NCBI RefSeq assembly: GCF_009914755.1
Contig: NC_060934.1
DNA: 64,000 bases
Strand: one strand, 5' to 3'
Origin: the human T2T-CHM13v2.0 reference genome, Homo sapiens
Numbering within the stretch: the stretch's first letter is position 1; each line of letters begins with the position of its first letter. A program made the position numbers and the translations under genes. The notes under the pieces were generated by a model. The model saw nothing but the letters and a program-made list of their open reading frames with translations. It made no database searches and was not told where the DNA came from. Shown here one piece after another: positions 54,598 to 64,000 of the stretch.

Positions 54598-55364
54598 ATG
54601 TATTTTTAGTTTCTTTCTCATCACTTTTACCCCACCCTGTACCAGCCCTCCATGGCAGAGCCCCTTGTGAGGGGACTCAGTCCAGCCCTGGTAGCCAGGG
54701 TCCTTCCTTTGTCCTTCTGCCACCTTATCCATGAGCAGAGTTTATTCAACTTCAAACGTAGAGAGGGCACAAAGGACATTGTGATTTGTGTTTTCAAGTT
54801 TCCTTCCTTCAGAACAGGCACCTGAGCTGTTCTACTGGGAGCCAAGAAAGGGCAGATCCCAGGACAGCAGGATTCGGGCAGGTTCCTGCATTATTTGCCT
54901 CTTGACGGGGCGCCCTGGTCCCTCAGATTCACCTCATCGTGTACACAGCTGCTACATACAGCAAACCAAAGCCCTGGATTCCCCCATGGCACACAGGGCT
55001 ACATTTCTGTGGCCACATGTTCCTTGCAAACACTGGCCACATAACCTGGGGAAGGGGCAACTCACAGGATAATCCAGTTCAGCAGACTTCCTGCAGTTTA
55101 AACTGCTCTTGGTGGAGAGACCTTTCAAGAGGAGACCCTTTTGGCTTTCTCTGTCATTTCCTAGCTGAGGTCCAGGAAAAGGAGTCTCCACTACATTTGC
55201 CCTAGTCCTACTCAAGGAAAAGCACCTTAACTTTCAGAGACTAAATAGTTTTCCAAAATGGAAAAGAAAATCCACCTGTGTAAATGATGGGAATCTTATG
55301 CTCAGCGAGATAGTTGGGTTGGGAAAAACAGTTAAAACTCCAAGATGAATAGAAGGATAGCAAA

Positions 55365-55366
<2 letters not shown>

Positions 55367-55408
<42 letters not shown>

Positions 55409-55570
55409 ATATATATATATATATATACGTACGTGTATATATATATATATATACACGTACGTATATATATATATATACGTACGTGTATATATATATACAC
55501 GTATGTGTATATATATATGTATGTGTATATATATATATACGTGTGTGTGTGTGTATATATATATATATAT
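55367..55570. repeat. Compound (TG)n/(TA)n/CGTACGTG microsatellite, strictly alternating purine-pyrimidine
   Basis: Direct reading. Confidence 0.95.
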
Positions 55571-55599
55571 TTCAAGAGAGAAACTCCTAAACCTTAGAC

Positions 55600-55780
55600 C
55601 AACATTTTAAAAGAGTGGTTCAAGGACCGTTTACATCAGAATTACACAGGAAGCCTGCTAAAATAAAGATTCCAGAGCTCCATTCTGGACCTACTGAATC
55701 AGGCTCTCTGGGGGTGAAAATAGAAATTTTCAGTGGCTCTCCAAGTGGTGCATGTGCTCACTGAAGTCTGAGAATGGTTG
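55600..55780. mobile_element. MER5B-like MITE
   Basis: ggacctactgaatcaggctctctgggggtg...cactgaagtctgagaa. Confidence 0.7.
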
Positions 55781-55994
55781 CCTTAGATTTATTTTACAAA
55801 CAAATTTCATGAAACATTTTTTGAGAAGTCGATACAAATATTTATTATAAAATAATATTATAATTATATTAACTGTAGGAACATAGAGATACATGTTAGT
55901 TTTAATATGTGAGTAGTGTTATGTCATATATTAATATCTATACTAATATTACTATTATCCAGTTAAAGTAATACTAGCTGGATAATAACAGCCA

Positions 55995-57300
55995 CAATAA
56001 TAATGGTTAACATTTATCGAGCACTTACCAGGTGTTGTGTTCAGTCTTACACAAGTATTTTCTCATTTAATGTTCACCACGGATACTTTAGGTGCTCTCG
56101 CTTGGCATATCAGGAAATGAAGTTACACCAAGCCAGTAAATAGTGAGATAGTGATTTGAACCCAGAGCCCATTTTCCCCAATCAGCAGGTCACCCATCCT
56201 TACACCCTGGGGATCAGACCATGGTCTGTGCTTGGGCTGGAGCACTTGATCACATTCTGCCTTTTCTTATAGTGATTTATGAGTTGCCAGATCCTGGAGG
56301 GCAGGATCCAGTTTATTTCTGAAAGGCTTAGAACCCTAAGCCCTGTGCCTTGAATGTACAGATAAGCGTCGTTCAAATGTCTGTCGGAATCAGTTAAAAT
56401 GCCACACTCCAAACAGGGTCAGACTTGCTGATGACAGTGGCAGCTTTCGTGTCTTGTATGCAGTTGCAGGATAGGTGCTGAGTATTTACAACTTATTTCT
56501 AGTGATAGCAGAAGGTCATCCCTGGATGACTTCTATATTTGTTTCACCCAGTAAGTACCAAAGCAATGGTTACCTAAACATTTGCAAAGTGCCAATTAGA
56601 TTTCAGATGAATTCCAATTAACTACATAATAATAATGAGAATAATGACTATTGAGCACTTATCATGTGCCAAGCCTTATGCTAAATCTTTTGCAAAAATA
56701 ATTTCATAGGCCTTACTGAGGTGGGTATTATTATCTTCTCCCCGTACATGAAAGTTGAATAACTTGCCCAAAGTCACCCAGCTAGTGAGTAACAAGGTTT
56801 GGATTTGAAATCCATCTGATTCCAAATAGTAGTTTTACTATTTTTCACTATTCTAATCAACTTATTTTTCCCTTCCCTTTCTTCTTTCTTTCCTTCAAAA
56901 AAAATGTATTGAATGCTTCCTCTGTATTAAGCCTGCATTAGGTGAATAATACAAAGATGAGCAAGAAAGACATGGTCCTTACCCTAAAGGGGTGTTGGGG
57001 GAAGTCGGAAGATGAAATGAACAATTGTAGCACACGGTGGTGAATGCTATGATAGAATATCCAGTGCGGTAAGAAGAGATGCATAAGAAGCCATGGCTCC
57101 TGGGTACCTTGCTCAAGCGCAGTTGAATTCTCACGGCAACTCTCTGACCTGTGTGTCAGTAGCTGCATTTGTATATGAAGACACAGTTTCAGAGGTCAGA
57201 ACACTTACTCAAGGCTTCACAGACAAGTGGCAGGGCTACTATTCAAACCCCTATCTCCAAAACGCAAGGGTCATGCTCTCCTTGCTAGACCGTGTCATCT
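55995..57300 (-). mobile_element. Cluster of MIR (~55995-56170, ~56625-56850, ~57170-57290) and L2 (~56880-57070) fragments
   Basis: aacatttatcgagcacttacc; aacttgcccaaagtcacccagctagtgag; aatgtattgaatgcttcctctg. Confidence 0.7.
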
Positions 57301-59159
57301 GGGACTAGCAAAAAGTAAACTAAAATGGAATGGCTGCCTTTCTCTGTGGTGGGTGATATGTTTTCTACTAAGTAAAATTGAGTTAAACTAATTTTTATCC
57401 TGAAGTGTGTGGAGGGATAATGAAGTCCCAAATTCCTGTGTTTGAGTGAGCCTCTCTGTGAACGACACAGAGGACACCCTTAAGATAATCAACAGACCCC
57501 ATGTTGTTATTTGAAGTTCCGCAGTAATGGAGTTTGCTAGGAACATTATTCCTTAGTTCATATTTATTTAGATTTGAAACCTGTCCTACCTTGGATTAGT
57601 TGCAAGAATCAGTCGCTTCACTTTGGACTGTGATGAACTAACCAAAGAAGAGTACTAAATACTGAAAGAAATACAAAGAGGCCAAGGTACTAGACTGCTG
57701 GTACAAAATCAAAAAGGTCTGGTCCCAAGTGGCACTCAAGTTTTAACTGTTGACTTGCTGGAAGTTTTGGAGGCATTTAACCACTTGCTGATGCTCTACA
57801 TTTCCTTTTAAAAAATCAAATAGATATAATCGTGTGAAATGGCTTCAGAGGAGGGATAAGCCATCCCTCTGCTTTGAGAATATCATGTATACCCTGGAAG
57901 AGGAGATGAAGGAGACTCAGAGGCAATATTCTCTTTTAAAGGCAAATAGAAAATGTCCACTTCTCCAAACATACTGTTCATAGGATTCCAGGGCTGCTTT
58001 TGAAATCTTGTTGCAATGACCAACAGAGTAGCCTCAGAATGGCTAAGGAAAGTTTATGCCTATTGATCAAAATCAGCATCTAAGCTGTAGTAGAAGACAA
58101 GGTTCACGTGTTTTCAGAGCACTGGGGCTCAATAATTAACCTTAGCTTCTTTGGGGTTTCTGAAGTTTAATGCTGCAGTGGTTTCAGAGGTTTAGCAAAG
58201 GTTTTTCCCACTAAGTTTCTGCTGAAGCCCGTCTTTCCTTAGCCTGTGGACTGCAGCATTCTGAAGCCTCTGTGCTCCACACATTGCACATTCTGAATGG
58301 CACTCTGCATTTTAGTGGTGTCTGATTGCACTTTTAAAAACCATTCCTGTGAGCAGTTTTTGGACAAGAGACAACTAATTTCCTGCATCATGTGTGGATT
58401 TCCAGAACAATGCCAGAGGGGCTAAGAACACTCTTTCTCTGTTGACTACACAAAAATATATTTAACATTTGCCCAGGGCCAGAATTTTGTCTCTTTCAGT
58501 GTATTAAAAATGCTATCCTGGAGAGCTGATATTAAAAGAAGAACATTTAATTAGACAAGTGCTTTTGAAATCGTCTTTTGAGTTCTGAGATAGCGCTGAA
58601 GAATAAAGGGCCCCAACTGGCAGGGACCCTAGTCACCTGAAAGCAAAATGTAAACAGAAAATTCTGGTTTTTCTCTGCCTTTTCTCCAAACCCCCTCTTC
58701 TCTACAACTTTCCTATTAAAGTTCAGGAATAGTTGGTTGCTGCGGTAGATTGCTAATACATCTTGCTAAAGTGAATGTCATTTTCATCTCACGAGAACTC
58801 CAAGGAAGCCCAGACTCAGGAGAACGAAGCCATCGTTCATCTTTCAATGCTCAATAACAGGATTTAGACATCTCAATACTTTTGAAAAAGAAGGCCTTTT
58901 TTTTGTAAGAAAAAGATGACCCTGAACAAGACTGACTACAGTTTCTTATGATACATTATGTGTTGTGAAGTTAAGCCAGGGACTCTTTAGCCTTGCCTGA
59001 TATAAAATTAGGGATACATGGGACAATTCTACAAGTAAAAGGTTATAAAGGTGGCCCACAGGCTAGACAGACCCCATAAATGTGTTTTGTTTTGGCCTAC
59101 ATACAATTTTAATACAGTTTAAAATTGATTTTTAGCATTTTAAAACGGAGAGATTATCT

Positions 59160-59652
59160 AAAAAGAAAACAGAAAATCTTTATGACCTTGGATTAGACAA
59201 AGATTTCTTAGATAGAACATCAAAATCATGATCCGTGAAAGAGAAACGAAGATAAGTGGAACTTCAGCAAAATTAAAAACGTATGTTACTGAAAGCCACT
59301 TAAGAGAATGAGAAGACAAGTTACAGATGGGCAGAAATATTTGAAAACCACTTATCTAGTAAAGGACATGCATACAGATTATACTAAGAACTGTCAAAAC
59401 TCAGTAATAAGAAAACAAATGGCCCCATAAAAATGAGCAGAAGATTTAAATAGACACATCACCAATCAAGATATATGAATAGCAAATAAACACATAAAAA
59501 GACACTCAGCTGAACTGACCATTAGGGGAATGCAAATTAAAACCACAGTGAGATACTACTACACAGGTACTAGAATAGTCAAAATTTAAAAAGACTGGCT
59601 ATACCAAGTGTTAGCAAGCATGTAGAGCAAATGGGACTCTCACACATTGCTT
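59160..59652 (+). mobile_element. Old L1M ORF2 fragment
   Basis: gaccttggattagacaaagatttcttag...gggaatgcaaattaaaaccacagtgagatac. Confidence 0.85.
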
Positions 59653-61270
59653 TAAAAGAATCTTTTAAAAAGAGAAGAAAAGTTGATAAAGCTTATGTAA
59701 TTTGCCATAGCTAAAATCACAGGGCTCAAAAATTGAGCAGAGCATTTCCCAACATGATAGTCAGTCAATCCTTGGATAAAGGTTTTCTTTATGCTAGAAC
59801 TCTCTGTTAGCAGGACTCTTAGTCCCCTATCACTGCTTCTAGGATACCTGTTTGCTTTACCAGGGCCTCTGGACAAGTCCATTCAGACTGCCTAGATTTT
59901 GGCACAGGGAGTCCAGAAATTCCTGTGCTGATCTAGACAACAATTCTACCCTTCCAGCCTCCCAGGGCCACATTAGGACTTCCCCGCTTTTGAGATTGAT
60001 GTCTTCTGTTTATGGCTCAGCCGCCTCATCACATATGGAGGCTCACCCTAGAAGAGGGTCATCGTCTCTTCTCAGGCCGACACAGCCCCTTCCTTTGAAG
60101 TTCAGAGATTAGTATAGTCCACAAGCTAGCAGCACATCAAGCGACTGAAATGTCCCTCAAACTCTGGTGTGCTTTCTGTCTCTCTATAGGCGAATTGTAC
60201 CACCCTTCCTCATGGCACCACTCTCTATTTAGCCAGGTTCTAATTTCTGCTGGGTTTCTCCTTCCATCTTCAGGTACTCACATCTTATGGAACCTGCCTT
60301 TAAGTCCTTCTGTCCTTATTTTTCTTTTTTAAGAGATGGTTTTATAAGGTTGGCTACAGGGAAATTTCCCATCATTTTGAAAATTAAAGCTCTGTTGTAA
60401 TCTCAGTCTTCTTTAAGTAACTGTCTCCATACCCCAGAACTTAGTATAATAAAAAAGAATAATTTTATAAAAAGAACATATGGAAGATTAAATGAAAATA
60501 GTCAATAAAATTATTAAAAAGAAAAGCAGTGATATTTTACTAAAGAGTAATCCCCTAGAGCCACTGTAGTTACAATAATATAGTATTGGCATAAAATACC
60601 AATGGACTAGAATAGAGAGCCAATAAATATATCCCAATGGCTATGGGAAGTTAACGTATGGCAAAGGTAATATTTCAATTTCAGGGAAAAAAAATTGCCA
60701 TCTCCAATGGAAAGGTTTCACCTGAGACTGGGGACCATCCTTGACTTTCTGCTTGGATGAAAAGAAGTATAAATGCTGCTTATCTACAGAAATTTCTGAT
60801 ATTTCTGCAAATAAAAACCATATAACTACACAAATCTTGGAGAGTGAAAGTGAAAAAGGGGTAACTCAGCTTGAATCTGTCATGGCCAGATCAAATTTAG
60901 AGGAATGCTTCACTTTCATTGTTATTATTATTTTTTGAGAGAATAGCTCTTTGAGATGAGTGTCATTTGGCAAGCATAGGCATGCATGAATACATCCTCC
61001 CTCCCGTGTTTGTGGTGGGACAAAAGAGTGGTTTAAGTAAAGTTTTAAAAACCTAAAGAACATATACACAGAATCAGATATGATGGCTTTAAATTAATCG
61101 GATAGCTTTTCCCAGTGGTAGCTGGGAGCTTTTCCAATAAAGCTACCACTATCTGAAACATATCCGAAACTCTTCTTTTTTGCTAGCTTTTATAAAACCT
61201 GCATTGGATTATTTTGACTATCTTCAAGAATGAAAAAAATATATTTGCTCTGGAGTTTGATTTTGGGGAC

Positions 61271-61728
61271 TGTTCTGGGTTGAATAGGGCCCTCCAAATT
61301 CATGGCCATCCAGAACCTGTGAATGTGATCTTATTTGGAAATAGGGACATTGCAGATGTAGTTATTATAGTTAAGATGCCGTCATACTGGATTAGGGTGG
61401 GCCCTAAATCCATTATGACTGGTGTCTCATATAAAGAAGAGAAGACGCACAGAGACGAGACATCCAGGGACAACACCATGTGATGACGATGGCAGAGATT
61501 GGAGTGATGCATCTACAAGCCAGGGAATGTCAAGCATTGCTGGCAACCAGCAGGGCTAGGAAGAGGCAAGGAAGGATTCTCTTCAAGAGCCTTTAGAGAG
61601 AGAGCATGGCCTTCTAATACCTTGATTTCAAATTACTAACTTCCAGAATTGTGAGAGACTACAATTTTTGTTGTTGAAACCACCCAATGTGTGATACTTT
61701 GTAATGACAGTCCTAAGAAACATACACA
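61271..61728 (+). mobile_element. MLT1C-like LTR
   Basis: tgttctgggttgaatagggcc...gaatgtgatcttatttggaaatagg...gaagaggcaaggaaggattct...gtcctaagaaacatacaca. Confidence 0.88.
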
Positions 61729-63349
61729 GAAAATAAGTTGGATGACTGAAGAGTATTCATGCCAGGCAATTCTGCTGTTGGTTAAAAAAATCTATGATTA
61801 ACCCAACAAGACTGATTTTATCTTTTAGATCTGAAACTAAACTTAAATGTCACCACTAATAATGGCTAACTTTGGTGGCAAGCCCACTCTGACTAGCAAT
61901 TTTTATGCATTATCTCATTGATCCTCAAAAAGCTGTAGAGTGGCATCTTATCTCCATTTTACAAGAGAAAGAACCTCAGGAGCTGATAAATTAGGAAACT
62001 TGCCTATGGTCATGCAGCTGGTAATGGTCAGAATTCAAATTTATGGTTGTTTCACTACACCACACTGCCACTCAATGTCTGAAGATGGCTTCCAAAAATG
62101 TTTGTGCAATAGACATTTCTCTGAACTAATTGTACCGTGCCCTGAGGCGACGGATTTGCAGAACAGCTCTCTTGAATAGTAAGTGCTAGTATTTTTGTTT
62201 AAAAAATTCCCTGTCATTAGTTTATAGCCTCACCTTGTCTATATTATATGGGATTCTTTGCTTGCCTAACTTATATTATCACTCCCCTGGGAGGGACTGA
62301 GACTTCTTTTCCATTTCATACAGAGTTTAAGAAGCTGTCAACACTTAGTAAATAATCAGTATTTAAGCCAGCACAGTGATCCCTACAAATTATGACCCTC
62401 AGGCTCTGAAGATGAAGAAAATGTTGAGTTGTGCAATTTTCCACTCTTCAAATAATCTTAATAGTGTGGATCATGTTAGTCCTAGTTTAATATTATAATC
62501 CAAACAACATTTGACTCTGAATGCAGAGCGAGGCTTGGGAATCACCCAGACCAGTGTATTCAGAGACGACTCATGGCAGCTGGCTGGGCTGTTTTGACCT
62601 TTCCAGTATTTGCAAACTGGCTGGGCATTTTGTCCCTCCTCTGCCTACATGACATTTACCACGCACATAATCACAGAACAATTGTAACATTTTAATGTTT
62701 TTCTTTTTCTTCTTCTTTTTGAATCTTAAGGACTAGCTCTGCCTTGTGGGTTAGGTAGATTGGGGACTTGCATGTTTGTTGCTACTCGAATTCCAGTGGA
62801 GTTGAGCTTGAGAGTGTCTATTTCCTATTCAACTGTGAATCTTCATTGTTCTGCGTCCTAAATCAAAGAAAAGTGGCTCACCTCATGTGGAAAGGGTTAT
62901 TTTCAAACTCCTTGTGGGACTGTGTTCCCCCTTTTTAAGTGTGAGTGTGTCTGGGTGAGGCGAGTCCCAGTGTACATTCCATGGCACTGAAGGAGGTTGG
63001 CCTATGTGTGGTTTTGAGGATCAATGCTGGGTTGAGTCAAATCTTAAAAGTCCCCAAATAGTAGTATATTTTCTAAGAAGCATTTCAAGACTGTACTGCT
63101 GATTTCATGCCTCCTTCTTTATAACCCTTTCTTTTTGTGAAAGGAAATCTTTGACTTCCTTCTTTCTCCAAATTTGCCTCCCCATAAAATCAATTACATC
63201 TATTCTTTGCTTTAAATATCGATTTCATCGTCCCATGTTTTGTCACACTTTGTATTAAAAATCATTTAATAATGAGATGCTTTCAAGGAAACATTAAGAA
63301 TTCTTGGCCTGTCATTCAAGGCCCACTACAATCCTCAATTCTCTCCCAA

Positions 63350-64000
63350 TGCATGCATGCATCCATCCATCCATTCAACAAAACTTTACTGAATATCTAA
63401 CAAGTGCCAGACATTACATTTTGTGCTTAGAGTACAGTGTGATGGAGACAGGCCTGGCCTCTGTCCTCAAGAAGTTTACAGCATGTTGGTGAAATGGAAC
63501 ACTAGACATGATCATGCAGAGTGCAGCAAGTGCTATGAGCAAAAAGCACAGGGTGTGCTGTAATAGAACTTGGGAGGGACACTGAAGACAAGGGACAATT
63601 TGAGGATGAAGTGCTATTTAGGCTGAAATCTAGTTTGTGAATAGGAGTCAGCCAGGTGAAAGACAGGGGAAAAGACGGGATAACATGTGTGAAGCCCAGG
63701 GGTGAGACAGCATAACATGCTGGGGAATTGAAAGAAGTTCAAAATAGCTGAAAGGTAGAGTGGGGTAGAGATGGAGCTGAGAAGGTGGGGAGTAGAGGAA
63801 GAAAACAGGGGCCAGATCCTACTGGACTTGAAAGCCTGGTGAGTTAGGACTTTCTTCAAGGTCAATGAAGGACTGCTGTAGGATTTTAAGCAGGAGAGGA
63901 AACTGATAAGATTTGCCTTTTTAAAACATCACTCTTGCTACCTTGAGGACAGTGGATCAGAAGAGAATGGAAATCCAGTTGCAAGCTGCAATTCAGATAA
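63350..64000 (-). mobile_element. L2 3' region, running off the window end
   Basis: catccatccattcaacaaaactttactgaatatc...ggcctctgtcctcaag...ggattttaagcagg...aaaacatcactcttgct. Confidence 0.85.

Noticed and set aside
55234-55610. Tyr/Ile/Val/Cys-repeat ORFs, or a CRISPR-like repeat-spacer array
   Set aside because: These are translations of a dinucleotide microsatellite. The spacers are (TA)n, not unique, and there are no cas genes.

Overview
Primate (human-like) non-coding genomic DNA, intronic or intergenic. It is AT-rich, CpG-poor and roughly half interspersed repeats: Alu J/S/Y, MIR, L1 (one near-full-length L1MA of ~7.2 kb including nested inserts, plus fragments), L2, many MaLR/ERVL LTRs (THE1, MST, MLT1), hAT and Tigger DNA-transposon relics, and microsatellites. 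I found no supportable protein-coding exon, RNA gene, CRISPR array or prokaryotic-type system. The listed ORFs are repeat-derived or chance ORFs. Repeat subfamily names come from recalled consensus sequences and need RepeatMasker/Dfam confirmation. The most notable unexplained structures are: (1) a 100-bp, 94%-identical inverted duplication (7340-7439 / 8401-8500) that includes non-repeat flank and brackets a 961-bp spacer; (2) an apparent L1PB 3' transduction carrying ERV-like DNA, nested in the L1MA; (3) an AT-rich nested palindrome at ~11.7-11.9 kb; (4) a 204-nt unbroken purine-pyrimidine tract with overlapping perfect palindromes at 55.4 kb; (5) a two-LTR ancient MLT1 provirus; (6) a triple-nested DNA transposon stack.
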